This document shows, piece by piece, positions 50,331 through 58,613 of a stretch of DNA of 64,000 nt. The stretch covers positions 672,001 through 736,000 of the forward strand of contig CBDFMQ010000002.1 in the NCBI GenBank assembly GCA_965249725.1, read 5' to 3'. A program made the translations under genes and the position numbers. Under the pieces are notes generated by a model, which worked only from the letters and a program-made list of their open reading frames with translations, searched no databases and was not told where the DNA came from. This DNA comes from Longimicrobiales bacterium. Lineage in GTDB: Bacteria > Gemmatimonadota > Gemmatimonadetes > Longimicrobiales > Gaopeijiaceae. Positions within the stretch are counted from its first letter, which is position 1. Each line of letters begins with the position of its first letter.

Positions 50331-51776
50331 ATGATCAGTATGCTCCAACGATGCCGCCTTCCGCTGCTCGTCAGCCTCCTTTCGGTGGCAGGCTGCGCGG
50401 TGAACCCGGCCACGGGTGAGCGCCAGTTCATGCTGTTGAGTGAGAACGACGAGATCGAGATGGGTCGGGACGCCGACGTTCAGGTGACCGAATCGTACGG
50501 GCTGTACGGCTCTCAGGAACTCCAGGATTTCGTTCGCGGGATGGGCGAGGAGCTGGCCGCGGGCTCTGAGCGGCCACAGCTCCCTTGGTCGTTCAAGGTG
50601 GTAGATGACCCTATCGTGAACGCCTTCGCGCTCCCGGGCGGGTTCATCTTTATAACACGGGGCATCCTGGCCAGCCTGAACTCGGAGGCCGAACTCGCCG
50701 GTGTTCTCGGTCACGAGATCGGCCACGTCACGGCCCGACACTCCGCGAGTCAGCTCAGCCGTCAGCAGCTCCAACAGTTCGGCTTGGGGGTGGGGGCGGC
50801 CGTGTCTTCGGACATTGCATCCGCCGCCGGGATGCTCTCCGCCGGGCTGCAGATTCTGAACCTCAGCTACGGCCGTGGTGACGAGTCGCAGTCGGATGAA
50901 CTCGGAGTGCGGTATATGTCCCGGGCCGGCTATGACCCCAACGCGCTCGTCGGTGTCTTCCAGACGCTGGCGCTGGCCGCCGGAGGAGGGGGCAGGCTTC
51001 CCGAGTGGCAGTCGACGCACCCGAATCCCGAGAATAGAGAGGCCAAGATACGCGAGTTGGTGGCGAGTTCGGGGCAGGACTACTCGAGGTACACATCGAG
51101 GAGAGACGAGTACCTGCGTCGCCTCGACGGGATGGTCTACGGTCCGAACCCCCGAGAGGGGTTCTTCGCAGGCAGCCTGTTTCGGCATCTGGACATGGCC
51201 TTCGCCATAGACTTTCCACTCGGCTGGAAGACCGCGAATCAGAAGTCGCAGGTCGTGGCCGTGGCGGAGGACGAGAGCGCCGTTGTCGTGCTTACTCTGG
51301 CTTCGGAGCAGCAGAGCTTGGACGGGGCCATGTCGGGCTTCCTGGCCCAGGACGGGATTTCCGGTGGGGATGTCCGGAGGGTCCCGGTCAATGATCTGGA
51401 TGCCCGCGAATCCCTGTTCGAGGCACAGGCGGACGACGGGACGTTCCGGGGCAGGGTACTCTTCGTGGACCATGACGGCACCATCGTCCGGATTCTCGGC
51501 TACTCGGCTTCAACGAGGTGGCCTGATCACGAAAGCAATGTGGTCAACGCCGCGAGGAGCTTCAGGCCTGAACGCGATGCCGAGGTTCTCGGGGTCGAGC
51601 CTGCTCGACTCGAGATCGTACGGGTTCCGTCCCGGATGACCTTCCTGGAGTTCACGGAGGCCTATCCCTCCACGGTCGACCCCGAGAAGCTGGCCAACCT
51701 CAATCGGCGGACCCTGGATGAGGTGCTGGACGCCGGCACGCTCGTGAAGCGCGTGAACGGAGGGGAGCTTCCCTAG
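50331..51776 (+). CDS. M48 family zinc metalloprotease lipoprotein (BepA/LoiP-like)
   Basis: VAGC lipobox, NAFALPGG, HEIGH, STHP. Confidence 0.92.
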   Translation: MISMLQRCRLPLLVSLLSVAGCAVNPATGERQFMLLSENDEIEMGRDADVQVTESYGLYGSQELQDFVRGMGEELAAGSERPQLPWSFKVVDDPIVNAFALPGGFIFITRGILASLNSEAELAGVLGHEIGHVTARHSASQLSRQQLQQFGLGVGAAVSSDIASAAGMLSAGLQILNLSYGRGDESQSDELGVRYMSRAGYDPNALVGVFQTLALAAGGGGRLPEWQSTHPNPENREAKIRELVASSGQDYSRYTSRRDEYLRRLDGMVYGPNPREGFFAGSLFRHLDMAFAIDFPLGWKTANQKSQVVAVAEDESAVVVLTLASEQQSLDGAMSGFLAQDGISGGDVRRVPVNDLDARESLFEAQADDGTFRGRVLFVDHDGTIVRILGYSASTRWPDHESNVVNAARSFRPERDAEVLGVEPARLEIVRVPSRMTFLEFTEAYPSTVDPEKLANLNRRTLDEVLDAGTLVKRVNGGELP

Positions 51777-51873
51777 CGTGTGCTACCCTAACGGGGCCGT
51801 ACCGACGGGTCGTGTGGCCCGGATCTTGAAACCTCTATCTGCGGAAACACGAGTTGTAGTGCGTGCAGTCCGC

Positions 51874-51901
51874 TTGAGGGTCTTGACTCCCCCAGTAGAA
51901 T
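51874..51901 (+). promoter_or_regulatory. Putative sigma70 promoter
   Basis: TTGAGG-16 nt-TAGAAT upstream of the 51953 gene. Confidence 0.5.
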
Positions 51902-51952
51902 AGTGTCTGGCGCCGCCCGGCCCTCAGGCAGGTCTCTAAGAAACGGAGTCCA

Positions 51953-52453
51953 ATGGTGAAGCGTACCGCGATCATCCTGCTTCTACTCAGCGTCGTGTGG
52001 GGCTGCTCGAGTAATTCGGTGTCCCGTACCCCCATCGCTGCCGTGGCGCCGTCGCTATCCGTGGAGAGGTTCCTACAGGCGGCGAACACCCGGGATCTCC
52101 CTGCAATGGCCCGTCTGTTCGGGACCCGAAACGGACCGATGGGCGACACGGGGAGTTCGTTCGGTTGCTTCTGGAAGAAGATCGGCGCGGCCTTTGGCGG
52201 GCAGTCCTGCGTGAAATGGAGCGAAGTGGAGCTCCGCATGGACGCCATCGCGGGGATCCTACGCCACGAGGACTACCAGATCGCTGGCGAGCGCACGGTG
52301 GCTGGCACGAACGTCCAGACCATCAGGATCGGGGTCGACATGTCCTTCGCCGGAAGGCGAGAGGTGCCGAATGTCGGGTTCACTGTGGTGCTCGCCGGGG
52401 GAGATCGATGGCTCATCCAGATCATCGAGCTGGAGAGAATCACCGGCAGTTAA
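51953..52453 (+). CDS. Hypothetical lipoprotein
   Basis: VWGC lipobox; SVERFLQAANTRDLPAMARLFGT; GGAG upstream. Confidence 0.75.
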   Translation: MVKRTAIILLLLSVVWGCSSNSVSRTPIAAVAPSLSVERFLQAANTRDLPAMARLFGTRNGPMGDTGSSFGCFWKKIGAAFGGQSCVKWSEVELRMDAIAGILRHEDYQIAGERTVAGTNVQTIRIGVDMSFAGRREVPNVGFTVVLAGGDRWLIQIIELERITGS

Positions 52454-52530
52454 CAGGCACCTAGCAGGCGCCTACCAGGCCCCTACCAGGCCCCTACCAG
52501 GCCCCTACCAGGCCCCTACCAGGCCCCTAG
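52454..52530. repeat. 7 x 11-bp intergenic tandem repeat CAGGCCCCTAC
   Basis: Counted directly; end units diverged; no spacers. Confidence 0.95.
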
Positions 52531-52656
52531 ACCTGCTCACGCAGGCCGGACTCCCGGGTTCATGTGATGATGAACAATTCACGAGCTTCCTCTTTCTTTT
52601 CCGGGCTGTCCACCCTCCTCGGACACCCCCTTTTACACAATCTTAGTGACACTACC
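52531..52656 (-). mobile_element. Possible IS256-family terminal remnant, no transposase
   Basis: The - strand begins GGTAGTGTCACTAAGATTGTGTAAAA, resembling IS256-type ends (from memory); lower GC; flanked by CTAG on both sides. Confidence 0.4.
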
Positions 52657-53049
52657 CTAGGGGATCTGGACCAGCTCGATCAACACCCCGCCCGTGGTCT
52701 TGGGATGCAGGAAGGCGACTTGGTGCCCACGCGCTCCGGCGCGTGGCTCTTCGTCGATTGGTTGGAACCCTCGTGTCTTTAGTTCTGCGAGGGCGGCAGG
52801 GATGTCCGGGACCCGATAGGCGATATGGTGAAGTCCGGCCCCCTGGCGCTCGAGAAAGCGGGCCACACCGCTTGATTCGGACCGGGGCTCGATGAGTTCG
52901 AGAGCCCCTAGGAAGGCGACGTTGACGCCCTGCGAGGGCAGTTCCTCGAGGGGGGAACAAGCACACCCGGTGACGGGTTCGAAGGTCGCCGCCGATTCTT
53001 GGATGGATCGGACTGCGATGGCGACGTGATCGAGCGGATAGCCGTTCAT
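52657..53049 (-). CDS. mce: Methylmalonyl-CoA epimerase (VOC family)
   Basis: LDHVAIAV, QGVNVAF, GLHHIAY, AFLHPKTTGGVLIEL. Confidence 0.9.
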   Translation of the reverse strand: MNGYPLDHVAIAVRSIQESAATFEPVTGCACSPLEELPSQGVNVAFLGALELIEPRSESSGVARFLERQGAGLHHIAYRVPDIPAALAELKTRGFQPIDEEPRAGARGHQVAFLHPKTTGGVLIELVQIP

Positions 53050-53125
53050 GATTGGATTAGATTGAGTCTATGAGCCTGGACCGGATCGTATGGCCGGTCT
53101 TATGAAGGTACAAGGAGACAACCTG

Positions 53126-53461
53126 ATGAGTGACAACGGGAAGATCGTAGAAGTCACGGACCAGAACTTCGCCGAGACTATTGAGGCGGGTACCGGTCTC
53201 ACCATGGTGGACTTCTGGGCTGCGTGGTGCGGTCCATGCCGAATGGTGGCGCCCATCGTAGAAGAGTTGGCCGAGGAGTACGGCGACGAAGGATTGACGG
53301 TCGGGAAGCTCGATGTGGATGCGAATCCAGAGGTGACCGTGCGGTTCGCCGTGCGCTCCATTCCGAGCATCCTCTTCTTCAAAGATGGAGAGCACGTCGA
53401 CACGGTGGTGGGGGCCGTCCCGCGCCCGACGCTGGAGGCGAAGGTACAGGAACACATGTAA
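53126..53461 (+). CDS. trxA: Thioredoxin
   Basis: DFWAAWCGPC, VRSIP; AAGGAG upstream. Confidence 0.97.
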   Translation: MSDNGKIVEVTDQNFAETIEAGTGLTMVDFWAAWCGPCRMVAPIVEELAEEYGDEGLTVGKLDVDANPEVTVRFAVRSIPSILFFKDGEHVDTVVGAVPRPTLEAKVQEHM

Positions 53462-53497
53462 CGAGGCGTTTCGGGTCCGGCACCCGGACTCTGACGA

Positions 53498-53540
53498 AGC
53501 GAGGCTCGGGAGCGAAAGCCCCCGGGCCGTTCGTTTTATT
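53498..53540 (+). terminator. Intrinsic terminator after trxA
   Basis: GGCTCGGG..GAAA..CCCGGGCC stem followed by GTTCGTTTTATT. Confidence 0.65.
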
Positions 53541-53584
53541 GGAGGGTGAATCCTGAAGCGCGGTCGAGTGCTATACTGCTTCGC

Positions 53585-54454
53585 ATGAGCACCCTGTACA
53601 TCGTCGCCACGCCCATCGGCAACCTCTCGGACACGTCCGCAAGGGCCGTCGAGATCTTGGGTTCCGTGGACGGAGTGTTGGCCGAGGACACGAGGCGTAC
53701 GAAGATCCTGATGGACCACTTCGGGCTTCGCGTGCCACTCACCTCCCTTCACGAACACAACGAGGCGGCGCGCGCCGAGGGCATCGTCAGTCGCCTGGAT
53801 TCAGGCCAGCGGCTGGCCCTGGTCTCGGATGCCGGCACGCCGCTGGTGTCGGATCCAGGAGAGCGCCTGGTGCGCTCGGTTGTAGAGGCCGGGCATGACG
53901 TCGTGCCCATTCCGGGGCCGTCGGCGATCCTCACTGCGCTGGTCGGTGCCGGCTTCCCGACGGTACCCTTCACCTTCCACGGATTCCTCCCGCGCAAGAA
54001 GGGGCCCAGGACCGAACTCCTGGAGCGGATTGCGGGGGCCGGGGAGACTTCGGTCGTGTTCGAAGCACCCGACCGTCTCGGCGCGCTCCTGCGTGATCTC
54101 GGGGAGCTGGCCGGGGAGGCGCGCCAGGTTGTCGTGGCCAGGGAGATGACCAAGATTCATGAGGAGTTTTTCCGGGGAACAATGGGTGAAGCAGCCCGCT
54201 ACTACGCCGAGGATCGACCCCGCGGAGAAATCACCGTGGTGGTGTCGCCGAAGGCCGAGGAGGAATCCGGACAACGGGTCGACGAGGCGGCGGCGCGAGC
54301 ACTCGCCGAGGCGCTTCTCGCCGAAGGCCTGACACCGAGTCGGGCGGCTCGCGAAGTTGCGGTCCGTTTGAGAATTGCGAAGAACACGGCGTACGAAATC
54401 GTCCACGCACTTCCGGGCACCAGAGGTGCCCCTATAGAAGAGGAATCGAGTTGA
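53585..54454 (+). CDS. rsmI: 16S rRNA (cytidine1402-2'-O)-methyltransferase
   Basis: LYIVATPIGNL, AEDTR, LVSDAGTPLVSDPG, AREMTKIHEE. Confidence 0.96.
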   Translation: MSTLYIVATPIGNLSDTSARAVEILGSVDGVLAEDTRRTKILMDHFGLRVPLTSLHEHNEAARAEGIVSRLDSGQRLALVSDAGTPLVSDPGERLVRSVVEAGHDVVPIPGPSAILTALVGAGFPTVPFTFHGFLPRKKGPRTELLERIAGAGETSVVFEAPDRLGALLRDLGELAGEARQVVVAREMTKIHEEFFRGTMGEAARYYAEDRPRGEITVVVSPKAEEESGQRVDEAAARALAEALLAEGLTPSRAAREVAVRLRIAKNTAYEIVHALPGTRGAPIEEESS

Positions 54455-54500
54455 GCGAAGCGATGCACAACGACCTCGCAAACGGAGGTCTCGGAGGATC

Positions 54501-55166
54501 GTGGTAAGCACCGTTCTGCTGTTGGGTGCGCTGGTCTCTGGGAATCCGGGGCCTGCGTCCGACTCCGTCCTGTCGATCGCCCGCCTGCAGTACGAGGGCG
54601 GTGGGGATTGGTACGCCAATCCCTCGTCGCTTCCCAACCTCCTCGCCGCCATCCACGAGCGAACCGGCATGCCTGTGTCGGGTCGCCCGGAGACGGTCCG
54701 CCCGTTGGACCCGTCACTCAAGGACTTCCCCTATCTGTACATGACCGGACACGGGAACGTGCGCTTTTCTGCCGAAGAGCGAGCGGCCCTGCGGGAGTAT
54801 CTGCTGTCCGGTGGATTCCTCCACGCCGACGACAACTACGGCATGGACGAATCCTTCCGAAGAGAGATGACGGAGATCTTCCCGGAATACGAGTTGTCCG
54901 AGCTTCCGCCCGATCATCCGGTCTTCGACGTCATGTACTCCCTTCCGGAGGGGCTGCCGAAGATCCACGAGCACGACGGGCAGCCCCCGCAGGCCTTCGG
55001 CATCTTCCATGGCGGGAGGTTGGTCGTTTTCTATAGCTATGAGTCCGACCTGGGCGACGGCTGGGAGGATCCCGATGTGCACGAAGACACGGAGGATCTC
55101 CGTGAAGCTTCGATCCGCATGGGCGTGAATCTCTACCTCTACGTCCTGAGCCAGATGGTGCCGTGA
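54501..55166 (+). CDS. DUF4159-like exported protein
   Basis: Signal peptide; YEGGGDWYANPSSLPNL, PYLYMTGHG, GGFLHADDNYG, DLGDGWED. Confidence 0.82.
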   Translation: MVSTVLLLGALVSGNPGPASDSVLSIARLQYEGGGDWYANPSSLPNLLAAIHERTGMPVSGRPETVRPLDPSLKDFPYLYMTGHGNVRFSAEERAALREYLLSGGFLHADDNYGMDESFRREMTEIFPEYELSELPPDHPVFDVMYSLPEGLPKIHEHDGQPPQAFGIFHGGRLVVFYSYESDLGDGWEDPDVHEDTEDLREASIRMGVNLYLYVLSQMVP

Positions 55167-55197
55167 GCTACGTCGGCCTCCTGCACCAGATAGCGCC

Positions 55198-58100
55198 GTG
55201 AGTCCGGCTCCCGTACGGATCGTCCGCGTCGTGGGGGATGTGAGAGAGCATCTCCTGAAGCGTGCACGTCTGGCCCTCGGCCTGTGGCTCGGCGCGGGTG
55301 TGACGGCGGCGCTGATCTTGGCGTGGCTGGTGGCCGCACCGAATGGCTGGCAACAAGGGACCATACTGCCTTTGACGATCGATCTGGGCCTGCTGTCGCT
55401 CGGCGTTCTGGCTTGGACCGGATACCGGCAGGTCAGGACCCTCTGGCTTCGGGAGCCCAACCTGACGGCGAGCATGGAGGAGAGCGCCGGTCTCGCCCCC
55501 GGAGTGTTGCAGGGCTCCTTGGAGTTGGCCCGCACGCTTCCGCCCGGCGTATCGTCCGCCCTGGCGGCCCAGGCGGCCGAGGAGACCCTGACCGACCTGC
55601 ATGGGCCCAGACCCAGGCTTGCCGGCCGCCTCGGCGGTGAGGCGCAGGGCTGGATACGCCGTGGCACCGTGGGCTTGGCGGTTCTCGTCCCGATGGTGGT
55701 CTTGCTGACGATGGTGTCGCCCACCCGGTCGTTCGCGGCCTGGTCCGGACTGGCGCGGCCGTTCGGCCTTCTGGCGGGTCCTACACTCCCGCCGCTCGAA
55801 GTGACGCCAGGTTCCGCCGAGGTTCTTCGTGGCACGGACGTGCCCCTCACCGTCACTGCGCCGGGGCGCTTGGCGGTCACGGTCCATTGGCAGGCGGCCG
55901 GTGACGTGGCCACGGAAGAGCGCCTCGACGTGATCGCCGACCAGGCCGGCTTGGTCCTCCGCACCGTGTCGGCGCGGACCGAGTACTGGGTCGAGGCTCC
56001 CGACGGCGCCCGCTCCCCGACGTACGAGCTGCAGCCCATCGACCCGCTGCTGGTCAGTGATGTGACCGTCTCGCTCACGTTTCCGCCGCATACGGGTCGA
56101 TTCCCGGAAGAGTACGGGGCCGACCTACCGCCGCTCGACATCCCGGCCGGAAGCCGGTTCGCCATTCAGGGCCGTGCGAGCCGACCGCTCGCTTCGGCCG
56201 GACTGGACGGGCCCCTAGGGGAGGAAGAGGTCCGCCTGGCGGTGTCGGGTCAGGACTTCGAAGGGAACTGGCGGCCACGAGCCAGCGGCGTGTATCCCTG
56301 GCACTTCACCGACACCGAAGGAGATCCCGCCGAAGTGGCGCCTCCTCCGCTGGAGCTGACGCTGGTGCCTGATTCGGCGCCCTACGTGGCGGTCCTGGTG
56401 CCCGGCAAGGACACCCTGTTGCCTGTGTCTCTTCGCCAGCCCTTGGTGCTCGAGGCGGCGGACGACTACGGCCTCGACCGATTGGAGCTGGTGGTCTACC
56501 GGGTGACGGCGTTCGGTGACCGCCTCGAGCCCGTGGTGAATCCGATGCCGGTGGGAGGCACCCGCGGCGCGCTCTTGCGTCCCGTCATCGACCTGACACG
56601 CTGGGAGCTGCTTCCGGGCGACACCGTACGCTACTTCGTTCGTGCCCTGGACAACGCGCCTGATCCCAACGTGAGCGAGACCCCGGAGTACGTGCTCCGG
56701 CCGCCCACCCCGGCCGATCTCCGACGCGAGGCGCAGGAGCGTCTGGATGAAGCGGCCCGAGGCGTACAGGAGTTGGCCGAGCGGGCGGACGAGGAGGCCC
56801 AGGAAGCGCAGGATCTCGAGCGGCAGTTGGAGAATCCGCCCGAACCCGAGCGCAGCCCTCTCAATAATCCGGAAGAGGCCCAGGACCGGATGGACTTCCA
56901 GGAACAGGAGGACATCCGAGGGGCCCTGGAGGACCAGGAAGAGCTCCTCAGCGCGATCGACTCCCTGGAAATGGAGTTGGCTCAGCTCGATCGGGATCTC
57001 GAGGCGGCGGGCTTGGGAGATCCCGAGCTACAGAGAAAGCTCGAGGAACTGCAGCGACTGATGGACGAGTTGGCTCCCGAGGACATGCAGGAGCGTCTCG
57101 AGGAATTGTCCGAACAGGTCGAGGACATGAACTCCAGTGAAGCGGACCAGACGCTGGAGGAGCTCGCGGCCGACCAGGAGGCCCTTCGCGACAAGCTCGA
57201 GGCGGCTCTTGAGGCCTTCAAGCGCGCGGCTATGGAGCAGGACTTCAGAGCGACTGCCGCCGAGGCCGAGGAGCTGGCTCAGCAGGAGGAGGCCCTAGCG
57301 GACGCCATGGCCGAGGGGGATGACCCGGAGCTGCGTGGCGATCAGCAAGAGGTTCTGGAGCAGCAGGCCGAAGCGCTCCAAGAGCGCCTGGACCGACTAC
57401 AGGAGCGCCTCGAGGAGGCGGGTGAGACCGAGGCGAGCGAGGCGGTCGAGCAGGCCTCTCAGCAGGGTGAGCAGGCCCAGCAATCGATGTCCGAGGCGCA
57501 GGAGCAGTCTCGGATGGGCCAGGCGCAGGAGGCCTCGGAGTCCGCACAGGAGGCCGCCGAGTCCATGGAGCAGATGTCGCAGCAGCTCCAACAGGCGCAG
57601 CAGGAGATGGCCGAGCAGATGATGCAGGCCATGCAGGAGGAGATGCAGGAGACGGCCACGGACGCCTTGACCATGGCCCGGGAGCAGACGGATCTGCGGG
57701 AGCAGATGCAAGGGGCTGGGCGCGAGGAGTTGGCCAACATGCGCGGGGACCAGTCCGCACTTCTCCAGGGCCTACGCAACATGGCGGACAATCTCTCCTC
57801 GCAGGACCGCATGGGTCAGGGTGAAGATCGCGACGTCGCCGGTCAGATCGGTCAGGCCATGCAGGCCATGGAGCAGACTCTGGCGGCGCTCGAGGATCAG
57901 CGGGGGCGCACCCCGTCGCCTCTCAACGCGGCAGAACAGGCCGTGGGGGCCTTGAACCAGGTGGCGTTGGCCGCCATGGCCGCCGCCCAGCAGGCCGGCC
58001 AGATGGGCCAGTCCCAGTCGGCGCAGCAGATGATGGAGCAGATGGAGCAGCTGGCCCAGCAGCAAGGGTCGATCAACAGCCAGACGGGACAGCTGACGCC

Positions 58101-58575
58101 CATGCAGCTCGGTGAAGAGGCCATGTCCCAGCAGCTCCAGGACGCGGCCCAGCGGCAGCAGGACGTGGCCGAGGAGCTGCAGGAGGTCGCCCAGAAGCCC
58201 GGTGCTCAGGATGAGGCCCTGGGCGATCTGGAAGCCATGGCCTTGGAGGCGATGGAGCTGGCGGATCGACTGGCGGGCAACCGCCTCGACGCCGAGACCC
58301 TGCAGCGACAGGAGCAGCTCTTCCATCGCATGCTCGATGCGGGACGCAGCCTGGAGAAGGACGAGTTCTCCGAGGAACGTGAGTCGACGGCCCCCGGCGA
58401 GTTCGAGCGAGAGGACGTGGACGCACTCTCGTCCGAGGACTTGGGTGCACTTCGCTTCCAGCTGCCTCCAGCCGAGACCTTACAGCGACTCTCGCCCGCC
58501 CAGCGTCAGATGGTGCTGGACTACTTCGAGCGGTTGAACCGGGCGCAACGTCGCGGGCCGGGGGGGACTCAGTGA
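55198..58575 (+). CDS. DUF4175-like membrane-anchored giant coiled-coil protein
   Basis: Three N-terminal TM segments, beta-rich middle (ADDYGL, RALDN), about 550-aa Q/E/M/A-rich helical C-terminus. Confidence 0.8.
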   Translation: MSPAPVRIVRVVGDVREHLLKRARLALGLWLGAGVTAALILAWLVAAPNGWQQGTILPLTIDLGLLSLGVLAWTGYRQVRTLWLREPNLTASMEESAGLAPGVLQGSLELARTLPPGVSSALAAQAAEETLTDLHGPRPRLAGRLGGEAQGWIRRGTVGLAVLVPMVVLLTMVSPTRSFAAWSGLARPFGLLAGPTLPPLEVTPGSAEVLRGTDVPLTVTAPGRLAVTVHWQAAGDVATEERLDVIADQAGLVLRTVSARTEYWVEAPDGARSPTYELQPIDPLLVSDVTVSLTFPPHTGRFPEEYGADLPPLDIPAGSRFAIQGRASRPLASAGLDGPLGEEEVRLAVSGQDFEGNWRPRASGVYPWHFTDTEGDPAEVAPPPLELTLVPDSAPYVAVLVPGKDTLLPVSLRQPLVLEAADDYGLDRLELVVYRVTAFGDRLEPVVNPMPVGGTRGALLRPVIDLTRWELLPGDTVRYFVRALDNAPDPNVSETPEYVLRPPTPADLRREAQERLDEAARGVQELAERADEEAQEAQDLERQLENPPEPERSPLNNPEEAQDRMDFQEQEDIRGALEDQEELLSAIDSLEMELAQLDRDLEAAGLGDPELQRKLEELQRLMDELAPEDMQERLEELSEQVEDMNSSEADQTLEELAADQEALRDKLEAALEAFKRAAMEQDFRATAAEAEELAQQEEALADAMAEGDDPELRGDQQEVLEQQAEALQERLDRLQERLEEAGETEASEAVEQASQQGEQAQQSMSEAQEQSRMGQAQEASESAQEAAESMEQMSQQLQQAQQEMAEQMMQAMQEEMQETATDALTMAREQTDLREQMQGAGREELANMRGDQSALLQGLRNMADNLSSQDRMGQGEDRDVAGQIGQAMQAMEQTLAALEDQRGRTPSPLNAAEQAVGALNQVALAAMAAAQQAGQMGQSQSAQQMMEQMEQLAQQQGSINSQTGQLTPMQLGEEAMSQQLQDAAQRQQDVAEELQEVAQKPGAQDEALGDLEAMALEAMELADRLAGNRLDAETLQRQEQLFHRMLDAGRSLEKDEFSEERESTAPGEFEREDVDALSSEDLGALRFQLPPAETLQRLSPAQRQMVLDYFERLNRAQRRGPGGTQ

Positions 58576-58605
58576 GGAGCCCAGTGAGGAGCCCAGTGAG
58601 GAGCC
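58570..58605 (+). repeat. 3 x 12-bp repeat CAGTGAGGAGCC at a gene junction
   Basis: Counted directly. Confidence 0.95.
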
Positions 58606-58613
58606 CGATCACG

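Noticed and set aside
49788..51473. 561-aa minus-strand ORF
   Set aside because: Mostly antisense to the M48 protease; only the last 125 codons (from ATG 50165) look like a real gene
52454..52530. Repeat array as a CRISPR or iteron candidate
   Set aside because: Head-to-tail 11-mers with no spacers; no cas or rep genes nearby
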